A DNA stretch of 64,000 nucleotides from an uncultured Chloroflexia bacterium (GTDB lineage Bacteria; Chloroflexota; Limnocylindria; Limnocylindrales; CSP1-4). The DNA is taken from assembly GCA_963828165.1 (NCBI GenBank), contig CAWHDR010000001.1:1696001-1760000 (forward strand), read 5' to 3'. Made by a program: the position numbers and the translations under genes. The notes below the pieces were generated by a model. The model did not search any database and was not told where the DNA came from. It worked only from the letters and a program-made list of their open reading frames with translations. The stretch's first letter is position 1, and every line of letters begins with the position of its first letter. Shown piece by piece: positions 19,773 through 28,903 of the stretch.

Positions 19773-19869
19773 GGGAGCGGAGGGGTCCCGGTGGGTCCCC
19801 CGGTCTTCAAAACCGGTGGCGCCGCGCTCGGCGTGGCGCGGTGGGTTCGACTCCCACGCGCTCCCGCCA
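19773..19869 (+). tRNA. selC: tRNA-Sec (anticodon UCA)
   Basis: GGGAGCG/CGCTCCC acceptor stem, 6-bp D stem, CCGGT-CTTCAAA-ACCGG anticodon arm, 9-bp variable arm, GTGGG-TTCGACT-CCCAC, G discriminator + CCA; TACCAT -10 upstream. Confidence 0.96.
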
Positions 19870-19889
19870 CGCGCCGCCATGGAGACCGG

Positions 19890-21275
19890 ATGTCAACGAA
19901 ACAGGCCGCCCGGCCGCGTCCCCCCAGCGTCGAGCGCGTTCTGGCGCGCGTCCGTGACCGCCTGGGCGGTCCGCGCGAGGCCGCGCCGGTGCTGGCGGCG
20001 ACACGGGGGGTCATCGATGACGAGCGCGAGCGTCTCGGGGCCGATGGCTCGGCGCCACGCGACGTCGACGAACTGGCGGCGATGGTCGTGGACCGCCTGG
20101 ACGCCTTTGCGGGGCGGGTCGTCACCGCCCCGACGGCCGTCATCAATGCCACCGGCGTCATCGTCCACACCAATCTCGGACGGGCACCCTGGCCGGCGGT
20201 CGTGGTCGAGGCGGCCGCCGAGCTCGCGACGGGCTACCTGCTCCTCGAGCTGGACCGTGAGACTGGACGTCGCGGCGCACGCGCGCGCATCGCGGAGGAG
20301 CACCTCGTCGCCTTGACCGGAGCGGAGGACGCACTCGTCACGAACAACAATGCCGCGGCGCTGGCGCTCGCCGTCGGACTCGCCGGCAGGAACGGCGTGG
20401 TCGTGTCGCGTGGGGAGCTCGTCGAGATCGGTGGCGGCGTGCGGATCCCGGACATCGTTCGGCGGGCCGGCGCCAAGCTCATCGAGGTCGGGACCACGAA
20501 CCGGACGCGGGCCGACGACTTCGAAGCGCCGCTGACGGAAGGTCGGGCACGCGCCGTCCTGCGCGTCCATCCATCGAACTTCACGATGTCCGGGTTCATC
20601 GAAACGCCAGACCCGGCGGCCGTCGCCGAGCTCGCCCATCGCCACGGCGCGATCGTCATCGACGACCTCGGGTCGGGCGCGCTCATCGACACGGCCCCCT
20701 ACGGGCTGACCCATGAACCCCTGCCGTCCGAGCGCCTGGCGGCCGGCGCCGACATCGTGACGTTCAGCGGCGACAAGCTCGTCGGCGGGCCGCAGGCCGG
20801 CCTGGTGATCGGACGCGCGGACCTCATCGCGAAGATGCGACGCGATCCACTGGCCCGCGCGATGCGCCCCGACAAGCTCACGATGGCAGGCGTGGCGTTG
20901 ACGCTGGGCCTCTACCGCGCTGGACGGGCCACGAGCGACATCCCGGTCTGGCGGATGATCTCGACGCCGCTTCCGACGCTCCGTGGGCGGGCGGAGGCGC
21001 TGCGGTCGCGTCTCGGGGACGGCGTCGACGTCGTCGACCTGCGCTCCACGGTCGGCGGCGGCTCGTTGCCCGGCGAGACCCTCCCGTCCGTCGGCCTGGC
21101 GGTCCGCGCCCGGCCGGCGACGCGGGCGCTCACGGCGCTGCGACGGAGCGATCCACCGGTCATCGGCCGCATCGAGGACGATCGGGTCGTGCTGGACCTG
21201 CGCACCGTGGAGCCCGATCGGGACGAGGACCTGGCCGCCGCCATCGAGCACGCGCTCGCTGCCGTCGGACGATGA
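19890..21275 (+). CDS. selA: L-seryl-tRNA(Sec) selenium transferase
   Basis: VINATGVIVHTNLGRAP, NNNAAA, SRGELVEIGG, EVGTTNRT, FSGDKLVGGPQAG. Confidence 0.96.
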   Translation: MSTKQAARPRPPSVERVLARVRDRLGGPREAAPVLAATRGVIDDERERLGADGSAPRDVDELAAMVVDRLDAFAGRVVTAPTAVINATGVIVHTNLGRAPWPAVVVEAAAELATGYLLLELDRETGRRGARARIAEEHLVALTGAEDALVTNNNAAALALAVGLAGRNGVVVSRGELVEIGGGVRIPDIVRRAGAKLIEVGTTNRTRADDFEAPLTEGRARAVLRVHPSNFTMSGFIETPDPAAVAELAHRHGAIVIDDLGSGALIDTAPYGLTHEPLPSERLAAGADIVTFSGDKLVGGPQAGLVIGRADLIAKMRRDPLARAMRPDKLTMAGVALTLGLYRAGRATSDIPVWRMISTPLPTLRGRAEALRSRLGDGVDVVDLRSTVGGGSLPGETLPSVGLAVRARPATRALTALRRSDPPVIGRIEDDRVVLDLRTVEPDRDEDLAAAIEHALAAVGR

Positions 21276-23059
21276 CCCTCGTCGTCGGCACGGCCGGGCA
21301 TATCGATCACGGCAAGACGACGCTGCTGCGCGCGCTGACCGGCATCGACGCGGACCGGCTGCCCGAGGAGCGCCGGCGCGGGATGACCATCGATGTCGGC
21401 TACGCCCATCTCGACCTCCATGACGGGGCGTCGATCGACTTCGTCGACGTGCCTGGGCACGACAAGCTCGTCGGCAACATGCTCGTCGGCGCGGGTGAGG
21501 TCGATGTCGCGATGCTGATCGTGGCCGCCGATGATGGCCCGCGGGCGCAGACGTTCGAACACCTGGCATTGCTCGACGCGCTCGGCGTCGCGCCCGGCCT
21601 CGCCGTCATCACCAAGATCGATGCCGTCGAGCCGGAGCGGGTGGCAGCGGTCGCAGCGGCCGTGGCCGGCCTCCTCGCGCCGACGTCCCTTGCCGGCTCG
21701 CCGGTCCTGGCCGCGTCCGGCGTCACCGGGGAGGGCCTCGACGCGGTCCGTTCCGCGCTCGACGGACTGCGCGCGACTCACCGGCCCATCGCTCGTCCGC
21801 CGACGCTTGCGATCGATCGCGCGTTCTCGGTCAAGGGTCGCGGTGCCGTCGTGACCGGCACGCTCCGGGGCGGGCCGCTCGCGCCGGGCGACACGCTCCG
21901 TCTGGTGCCCGGCGAGCGCGAGGTGCGGGTCCGCGAGATCCAGGTCCACGGGACCGCCGTCGACGGCGTGGCTGGCGGCGGGCGCACCGCCCTGAACCTC
22001 GCCGGGATCGGGGTCGACGAGCTGCATCGTGGGATGGTGCTGACCGCTGACCCCCTGGTCGGGGCGACGGACCGGGCGCTCGTCACGTTCGGTGGGGCCG
22101 TCCGGGACCGGGCGCGCGCAAGGCTCCACGCCGGCACGGCCGCCGTGGATGCGACCGTCGGTCGCGCCGGGCGCGACGCCCTGGACTTCCCGGACGGGAC
22201 ATCCGGCGGGACGCTTCGCCTGGCCACGCCTGTTGCCCTTTCGGCCGGGGATCGTTTCGTGCTCCGGCGGGGTCCCGCGATGGTACCCATCGGCGGGGTC
22301 GTCCTCGACGTCGCGCCGCCGCGGGGGATCTCGCGACGGCGCCAGACGGTGGCACGCGTCGCGACGCTCAGGGCCAGAGTCCCGGACGCAACCGCGCGAC
22401 TCGAGCTCCACGGCGCCGTGTCCGAGGGCGGGCGGACGATCCTCGCTCCCGACGTGCGCGCCCTTGCCGTGGCCAGTGCCGTCGTCGCGGCCAAGGACGA
22501 GGCGAGTCTCGGGTCCGTTCGCACCGCCGTGGCCGAGACCCTGCGCCGCTCCGTCACGATCACGCGGGAACGAGCGGCCGAGGCGGCGACCCCGATCGTC
22601 GAGGATCTCGTGGCTGACGGACGCCTCGTTCGCGACGGCGACGTCATCCGGCGGCCCGGCGCGGTGGGACGGATCGCGGACCCGGGCCTTGTCGCGGCCA
22701 TGGACGCACTCGAGACGCTACTGGCGGTGCCCTCCCCGCCGCCACTCCGCGACGCGGCGCGGATCGCCGGCTGCCCGGCCGAGGGCGTCCGAGCTCTGGA
22801 GCGCGCGGCCCGGATCGTCGTCCTGGAGCCCGACCTCGCCTACGCGATGTCGACCTACCGCGACCTCGCTGCACGCGCGATCGCGATGGCCGCACGTGAA
22901 CCCCTGACGCCGGCCGCGTACCGCGACGCGACCGGGACGAGCCGCAAGTACGTGATGGCCATCCTCGAGGACCTCGATCGGCGAGCCATCCTGCGGCGGA
23001 CGCCGGATGGCCACGTGCCCGGCGCGAAGGCTCCCCGCCCGATACCGGCGGTCCCGTGA
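21272..23059 (+). CDS. selB: selenocysteine-specific elongation factor
   Basis: GTAGHIDHGKT, EERRRGMTID, DVPGH, TKID; C-terminal winged helix TSRKYVMAILEDLD. Confidence 0.95.
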   Translation: MTLVVGTAGHIDHGKTTLLRALTGIDADRLPEERRRGMTIDVGYAHLDLHDGASIDFVDVPGHDKLVGNMLVGAGEVDVAMLIVAADDGPRAQTFEHLALLDALGVAPGLAVITKIDAVEPERVAAVAAAVAGLLAPTSLAGSPVLAASGVTGEGLDAVRSALDGLRATHRPIARPPTLAIDRAFSVKGRGAVVTGTLRGGPLAPGDTLRLVPGEREVRVREIQVHGTAVDGVAGGGRTALNLAGIGVDELHRGMVLTADPLVGATDRALVTFGGAVRDRARARLHAGTAAVDATVGRAGRDALDFPDGTSGGTLRLATPVALSAGDRFVLRRGPAMVPIGGVVLDVAPPRGISRRRQTVARVATLRARVPDATARLELHGAVSEGGRTILAPDVRALAVASAVVAAKDEASLGSVRTAVAETLRRSVTITRERAAEAATPIVEDLVADGRLVRDGDVIRRPGAVGRIADPGLVAAMDALETLLAVPSPPPLRDAARIAGCPAEGVRALERAARIVVLEPDLAYAMSTYRDLAARAIAMAAREPLTPAAYRDATGTSRKYVMAILEDLDRRAILRRTPDGHVPGAKAPRPIPAVP

Positions 23060-24321
23060 CCGAGCGGATCGGGGGGATCGTGCTCGCCGGTGGCCGATCG
23101 GCGCGGTTCGGGCGCGACAAGCTTTCCGAGCCCCTGGACGGCCGTCCGCTGCTCCGCCATGCCATCGAAGCCGTCAGCGCCGTGGCGACCGACATCGTCG
23201 TCGTGGTCGCGCCCGGCGCGAACCTCCCCGTGCCATCGGGCGTCCGGGTCGCCCACGATCCCGTGGCGTTCCAGGGCCCGCTCGCCGGCCTAGCGGCAGG
23301 GCTCGCCGCCCTGGATCCGGCGGTCGATCGGGTGATCGTCGTCGCGGGCGACATGCCGAGCCTCGTCCCAGCCGTCCTGCGGCGGCTGCTCGACGTCGTG
23401 GCGACCGGGCGCGCGGCTGCCCTCCTTGATGTCGACGGCGATACCCCTCCGCTCCCGATGGCGCTCGGCCGCCGCCGCGCAGAGCCAGCGACACGCCGAC
23501 TCATCGAGGCGGGGGAGACGCGGTTGCGAGCCCTTCCATCGGCGCTCGATGCTGACGTCGTCCCGACGACCGTGTGGCGGTACGACGACCCCGTCGGCGC
23601 GACCTTCCGCGACGTGGACACGCCGGCGGATCTGCCGCTCGACACCCCATGGACGGCGATCGTGCGGCGATTCGCGGACCGCATCGTCGACCTGTCACCT
23701 GGGCATCGGATCATCGTGGCCATCGATGGCGTCGATGGCGCTGGCAAGACGACGCTCGCCAATGCGCTGGCCGTGCCCGTCGCTGGACGTCGGCCGGTCG
23801 TCCGGGCATCGATCGACGATTTCCACCGGCCTGCCGCCGAACGGTGGGCACGTGGCCGAGAGTCAGCCGAGGGGTTCTTTCGCGACAGCTTCGACTACGA
23901 CGGGCTGGCCAGGGTCCTGCTCGACCCGTTCCGCGCAGGGGGCGAGATCCTGGTCGCGATCCACGACGTCGTGGCCGACACCACGCGCAACGTCTCGGGG
24001 GGCGTCCCAGCTCCCGACGCCGTGCTCATCCTGGACGGGATCTTCCTGCATCGGGCGGAGCTCGTCGATCGATGGGACCTATCCATCTACCTCGACGTGG
24101 ACTTCCCGGTTTCGATCCCGCGCGGCGCCCAGCGAGGCTTCGGTGACCCGGATCCAGCGGCGCCCTCGAACCACCGGTATGTCGAGGGGCAGCGCATCTA
24201 TCTCGCGGAAGCCGATCCCGCCTCTCGCGCCACGATCCTGGTCGATAGCACGGACATCGACCAGCCACGGATCATCAAGTACGGTGGTCGAGAACACGAC
24301 CCGCGCAAGGGGATGCCATGA
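23056..24321 (+). CDS. mobA: MobA-like molybdenum cofactor guanylyltransferase fused to a uridine-kinase-like P-loop domain
   Basis: VLAGGRSARFGRDK, GPLAG, DVDTPADL, then AIDGVDGAGKTT, SIDDFH, DSFDY, LDGIFLHR. Confidence 0.78.
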   Translation: MTERIGGIVLAGGRSARFGRDKLSEPLDGRPLLRHAIEAVSAVATDIVVVVAPGANLPVPSGVRVAHDPVAFQGPLAGLAAGLAALDPAVDRVIVVAGDMPSLVPAVLRRLLDVVATGRAAALLDVDGDTPPLPMALGRRRAEPATRRLIEAGETRLRALPSALDADVVPTTVWRYDDPVGATFRDVDTPADLPLDTPWTAIVRRFADRIVDLSPGHRIIVAIDGVDGAGKTTLANALAVPVAGRRPVVRASIDDFHRPAAERWARGRESAEGFFRDSFDYDGLARVLLDPFRAGGEILVAIHDVVADTTRNVSGGVPAPDAVLILDGIFLHRAELVDRWDLSIYLDVDFPVSIPRGAQRGFGDPDPAAPSNHRYVEGQRIYLAEADPASRATILVDSTDIDQPRIIKYGGREHDPRKGMP

Positions 24322-24605
24322 CGACGACTCCTGACGACGATCTCCGAGCCCGAGCCGAGGCTCGCGTCAAGGCTCGAGAGGACTTCAGGGTCCATCTCCT
24401 GATCTACCTGCTCGTGAACGGCATGCTGTGGTTCATCTGGTTCACGACGGATCGTTCCGGGGGCGTGCCGTGGCCCGCCTTCGCGTCGATCGGTTGGGGG
24501 ATCGGGCTCGTTGCGCACTGGTGGACGGTCTACGGCGTGAGCGACGCCCGCCGCGAAGCCGAGATCCAGAAGGAGATGCGCCGCCTGCGCGGCGATCCCG
24601 ACTGA
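24318..24605 (+). CDS. 2TM domain protein
   Basis: FRVHLLIYLLVN...WP...GWGIGLVAH...IQKEM. Confidence 0.85.
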   Translation: MTTTPDDDLRARAEARVKAREDFRVHLLIYLLVNGMLWFIWFTTDRSGGVPWPAFASIGWGIGLVAHWWTVYGVSDARREAEIQKEMRRLRGDPD

Positions 24606-24622
24606 TCCTCCCGACGGCAGAC

Positions 24623-24663
24623 ACACGACGACCCCTGGCGGAGGAACCAGGGGCCGTTCGTGT
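24623..24663. terminator. hairpin between convergent genes
   Basis: ACACGACG-a-CCCCTGG ... CCAGGGG-c-CGTTCGTGT. Confidence 0.55.
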
Positions 24664-24701
24664 ATGGGAGGGAGGTCGGACGGAACCGAGGGGAGGATGC
24701 C

Positions 24702-24911
24702 TCAGCTCCGGTACGGGTAGTCCTCGAGTGTCGGGAGGATCGACCGGCTGTAGTCGGCGGGGCCATCGATGGCCGCCTTGACCGAGGATGCAGCGGAGGC
24801 GATCCGCTCGAACAGTCCACGCTTCTCGACGTCGTGCACGCGGCGAGCCGCGGCCTCGTCGAGCAAGAGCTGGATGTGGTCCGTGGCCATGAGGATCGAG
24901 TAGGAATTCAT
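24702..24911 (-). CDS. small hypothetical protein (69 aa)
   Basis: Strong AGAAAGGAG RBS, ATG start, downstream hairpin. Confidence 0.7.
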   Translation of the reverse strand: MNSYSILMATDHIQLLLDEAAARRVHDVEKRGLFERIASAASSVKAAIDGPADYSRSILPTLEDYPYRS

Positions 24912-25174
24912 TGCTTGATCGCTCCTTTCTGCGTCCGGTCTGTCCGGTGCGCAAATGGAGCATCGCTTCGGCCGGCGTCAGCCACCACCGACGTCCGATG
25001 CCTTCTCGACATCGTCATCCGTCCACCCTGCTGCCTTGCGCGCCGCATGGGCGGTGCCGGCGAAGGCGCCGGGGAGCACGAGAGCGAGCGTGCCCGCAGG
25101 CACGTGAGCGATCGCGCGGACCCAGCAACGCGCGCCGCGCCGTTCAGGTGGTGCGCCGAAGTGGCCGTTGCGGG

Positions 25175-26833
25175 CTAGCCGTCGAGGGCCGCATCCTCGT
25201 ACACAGGTGCGCCGTCCACGAACGTGGCGAGCACGCGCGCCTCGCCGATGGCGCCAGCGCCACGATCGAAGAGATCGCGATCCAGGATCGCCAGGTCGGC
25301 CGCCTTCCCGACCTCGAGCGTGCCGGTCTCGGCATCGAGATGGTTGACGTAAGCCGAGCCCACCGTGAAGGCCGCCAGTGCGTCGATGAGCTCAAGGCGT
25401 TGCTCGGGGAGAAAGGCGTCGCGTCCGACGAACTGTTCGCGATGCTGCCGCTCGACGGCGACCTCCATCTCGATGAGGGGGTTCGCCGTGGAGACGCTCC
25501 AGTCGGATCCCATCGCCAGGACGGCACCGGCCGCTCGAAGCCCACGGAACGGGTATTGCGTCCGCCAGCGCTCACCGATGAACGGGATCGTGAGCACGTC
25601 CATCTGGTCGTCGTGAGCTGCCCACAACGGCTGGGCGTTGGCGACGACGGCGAGTTCCCGGAAGCGAGCCAGGTCGTCCGGGTGGATGACCTGGATATGG
25701 GCGATGTGTGGTCGCGTGTCGGATTCGCCGTTCGCCGTGCGCGCTGCGGCGACCGCATCGAGCGACTCCCGCACGGCGCGATCGCCGATCGCATGGAAGT
25801 GGGGCTGGAACCCCAGCGCGTCGAGCTGGGGGACCCAGCTCTGCAGGCCGACCGGATCGATCTGGCTGAGACCGCGGTTGTCGGTCACGCCGCCGTGACC
25901 GTCGCCGTAGGGCTCGATCATGGCACCCGTGAAGTTCTCGAGGACCCCGTCCATCATCAGCTTCACGCTGGTCGCCTGGTAGCGCCCGATCGAAGTGGCG
26001 CGACGACGTTCGACGAACTCCTCGATCTGCTCGGCACCTCGATGGCGCTCCCACCACATGGCCCCCACGACGCGACCCGTGAGCTCGCCTCGCGATGCGA
26101 GCGCGACGTAGGCGCGCTCTTCCGACTCGGGGCGGATGATCGCGTCCTGCCAGGCCGTGATCCCGAGGGAGTGCAGGTAGGCCTGCCCACGGCGCAGCGC
26201 TTCCTCGAGCTCGGCGGTCGTGTCGTCCGGGATGTGCCGATCGACCAGGTCCATGGCGCCTTCCTGGAGCGTGCCGCTTGGCGACCCGCCCGCCCCGCGC
26301 TCGATCCGGCCGTCGCTCGGATCGGCGGTCGCGGCCGTCACCCCCGCGAGCTCGAGGGCCCGGGTGTTCACCCAGGCGCTGTGGCCGTCGCGGCTGGTCA
26401 GGAACGCCGGACGGTCGGGCAGGATGCGGTCGAGATCCTCGCGCTTCGGTGTCCCGCCTTCGAACGCGGCCATGTACCAGCCGCTCCCACGGATCCAGTC
26501 CTCGTCCGGATGCGATCGCGCGTACGAATCGATGACCTCGAGGTAGTCCTCGGCCACGAGCGAGTCGTGGAGGTTGCATCGGAGCAGGCCCATGCCGCCA
26601 TGGACCGGATGGACATGGGCATCCTGGAACCCCGGGGTCACCGTGCGCCCGCGGAGCCCGATGACACGCGTCGATCCGCCGACGAACGACGCGATCTCGC
26701 GATCCGTGCCCACCGCCACGATCCGGCCGTCCCGGACGGCCAGGGCGCCGGCCCAACTGCGCGCGGCGTCCATCGTCGCGATCCGCCCGCCGGTGAGGAC
26801 GAGGTCGGCGAGTGGCTGGGGCGTCGCGGACAC
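25175..26833 (-). CDS. amidohydrolase (YtcJ-like, Amidohydro_3)
   Basis: PGFQDAHVH, DGHSAWVN, KLMMDG, HAIGD, GSDW, GKAADL. Confidence 0.92.
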   Translation of the reverse strand: MSATPQPLADLVLTGGRIATMDAARSWAGALAVRDGRIVAVGTDREIASFVGGSTRVIGLRGRTVTPGFQDAHVHPVHGGMGLLRCNLHDSLVAEDYLEVIDSYARSHPDEDWIRGSGWYMAAFEGGTPKREDLDRILPDRPAFLTSRDGHSAWVNTRALELAGVTAATADPSDGRIERGAGGSPSGTLQEGAMDLVDRHIPDDTTAELEEALRRGQAYLHSLGITAWQDAIIRPESEERAYVALASRGELTGRVVGAMWWERHRGAEQIEEFVERRRATSIGRYQATSVKLMMDGVLENFTGAMIEPYGDGHGGVTDNRGLSQIDPVGLQSWVPQLDALGFQPHFHAIGDRAVRESLDAVAAARTANGESDTRPHIAHIQVIHPDDLARFRELAVVANAQPLWAAHDDQMDVLTIPFIGERWRTQYPFRGLRAAGAVLAMGSDWSVSTANPLIEMEVAVERQHREQFVGRDAFLPEQRLELIDALAAFTVGSAYVNHLDAETGTLEVGKAADLAILDRDLFDRGAGAIGEARVLATFVDGAPVYEDAALDG

Positions 26834-26995
26834 GGCGGCCTCCGGATCGGGGTTCGGACCGGCGGAGTGTGCCAGCGCCGTCGTGTACCTGCGCGGTCAT
26901 CCCGTCCGGCGCGACATGGTCCCGATCGCGTCATGAAGCCATGCCGCGATACCAGTCCGCGCGGTGCCGACGTCCGGGCCTACACTGCCGCCCGA

Positions 26996-27544
26996 ATGAC
27001 CTCCGTCCACCTGCTCCACACCGGCTATATCGGCCCCCACACGGCCTCGACGGTGGTGCTGGTCCGTGACGGCGACGCGCTGATCGTCGCGGACCCAGGC
27101 ATGGTCGCGCAGCGCTCCCTGATCCTCGACCCGCTGGCAGCGCTGGGCGTCGAACCAGCGGACGTGACGCACGTCTCGCTCTCGCACCACCACCCGGACC
27201 ACACGATGAACGTTGCGCTGTTTCCCAACGCCGAAGTGGTCGACTTCTGGGCTCGCTACCGCGACGACCTGTGGCTCGATCACGACGGCGACGGCTACCA
27301 CCTCGCACCGAATACCCAGCTCTGGCTGACGCCGGGCCACTCCGAGGAGGACATCACACTCCTCGTCGAGGCCGATGACGCCGTCTACGCGATGACGCAC
27401 CTGTGGTGGGGCGCCGACCGGACGCCCGAGATCGACCCATTCGCCTCCGATCAGGCGGCGCTCGAGCGCGGACGCGAGCGGGTTCTTGCGGCTGCCGACG
27501 TCGTCATCCCGGGTCATGGGGGCCCGTTCCGCGTCCGCGACTGA
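26996..27544 (+). CDS. MBL-fold metallo-hydrolase
   Basis: SHHHPDH, TPGHS, IPGHG; TACACT upstream. Confidence 0.9.
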   Translation: MTSVHLLHTGYIGPHTASTVVLVRDGDALIVADPGMVAQRSLILDPLAALGVEPADVTHVSLSHHHPDHTMNVALFPNAEVVDFWARYRDDLWLDHDGDGYHLAPNTQLWLTPGHSEEDITLLVEADDAVYAMTHLWWGADRTPEIDPFASDQAALERGRERVLAAADVVIPGHGGPFRVRD

Positions 27545-27622
27545 CGGAACCGGGCCCGACGAGCCCGCGTCGAAGGACACCAGCCAGCCGTTCATGTCCG
27601 CTTCGTTGGAGACCACGCCCCA

Positions 27623-28120
27623 ATGACTGTCCGATTCTCCGGCCGACCCTTGGTCGCCGTCGTCCTGGCCGCCCTGCTGCCGCCGATCCTCGTCGGATGC
27701 GGCGGTGCCGTCACCTCACCACCCCCGAGTCTTTCCGCCAGCCCGACGGCGCCTTCGGCACCAGCGCCCAGCACCGGAGGCGGGGCCCTCATCGACACGG
27801 ACGCTCTGATGGCTGCAGCCGCCGACAGGGATGGCCAAGTGGTGCGCGTAGCGGGGTTCTTCCTCGCGACCGGCGATACCGCCCAACTGTGCTCGATCGT
27901 GATGGAATCCTATCCGCCACAATGCGGGGGCGCCACGATCCGTCTCACCGGCCAGGTGCCGGCCGACGTGCTGGATGGCCTCGACCGGACCACCGAGCCC
28001 GGGCTGACCCAGGCTACCTGGGGTTGGGTCAACGTCACCGGCACGTTCCGTGCTTCCGGATCGGACGGGCGCCCCGTCCTCGAGATCGCGCAGGTCGAGC
28101 TCGACGACAGCGGGGCATGA
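27623..28120 (+). CDS. putative lipoprotein
   Basis: Hydrophobic signal + LVGC lipobox; LC...ESYPPQCGG. Confidence 0.7.
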   Translation: MTVRFSGRPLVAVVLAALLPPILVGCGGAVTSPPPSLSASPTAPSAPAPSTGGGALIDTDALMAAAADRDGQVVRVAGFFLATGDTAQLCSIVMESYPPQCGGATIRLTGQVPADVLDGLDRTTEPGLTQATWGWVNVTGTFRASGSDGRPVLEIAQVELDDSGA

Positions 28121-28135
28121 GTCCCGGAGCCCTGC

Positions 28136-28903
28136 CTACGAATGCGGCCGACGGGCCACGATGTTGAGGCGGACGTAGTCGATCACGGGCTCCCCGACGC
28201 CCTCGGCCACGGCGCGGACGAAGGCGTCGTGCGAGCTGGGCGGCAGCCGCTCGAGATGGGCGCCCAGGACGACGGTCCGCAGGTACGTCTCGAACGGCTC
28301 ACCGGGCTCGAAGCGTGTGGGCTCGTCGGTCAGCCAGCACTCGACCGCGTGAAAGCCTGCCGCATCCAGTCGCGCCATCGTCGCCGCGGGCGTCTCGAAA
28401 TGGACGGCGCCCAGCCAGCCGTCGCCGATCCTGGCCAGCACCCGCTGGATCGATGCGATGTTGCCGAAGCCGCCGCACTGGGCGACGAGCCGAGCGCCGG
28501 GAGCCATCACCGCGGCGAGATTCGCGAACAGCGCATCGTGATCGGGCACCCAGTGGAAGGTCGCGGTCGATAGGACCGCGTCGACCAGACCCTCGATCGG
28601 GAGCGGCGCGCCGAGGTCTGCGACGACGTACTCGATCCGATCGCCGAAGCGACCAAGGCGGCCACGCGCCGCCTCGACCATCGACGCGGAGCCATCCAGC
28701 GCGACGACCCGACCACGCGGTAGCCGGTCGGCCAGCTGTTCGGTGACGCGTCCGCTCCCACAACCGGCGTCGAGGACACGTTCGTCGCCACGAAGCGGGA
28801 GGCGGTCCAGGACGGTGGCGCCCCAGCGGGTCATGGGATCGGCGACCCGGTCGTAGGTCCGGGCGTCCCAGTCGCGCGACACGGATCGTCCGCCGGCCGT
28901 CAT
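28136..28903 (-). CDS. class I SAM methyltransferase (trans-aconitate methyltransferase-like)
   Basis: WDARTYDR, VLDAGCGSG, STATFHWV, DYVRLN; ATGA overlap. Confidence 0.88.
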   Translation of the reverse strand: MTAGGRSVSRDWDARTYDRVADPMTRWGATVLDRLPLRGDERVLDAGCGSGRVTEQLADRLPRGRVVALDGSASMVEAARGRLGRFGDRIEYVVADLGAPLPIEGLVDAVLSTATFHWVPDHDALFANLAAVMAPGARLVAQCGGFGNIASIQRVLARIGDGWLGAVHFETPAATMARLDAAGFHAVECWLTDEPTRFEPGEPFETYLRTVVLGAHLERLPPSSHDAFVRAVAEGVGEPVIDYVRLNIVARRPHS

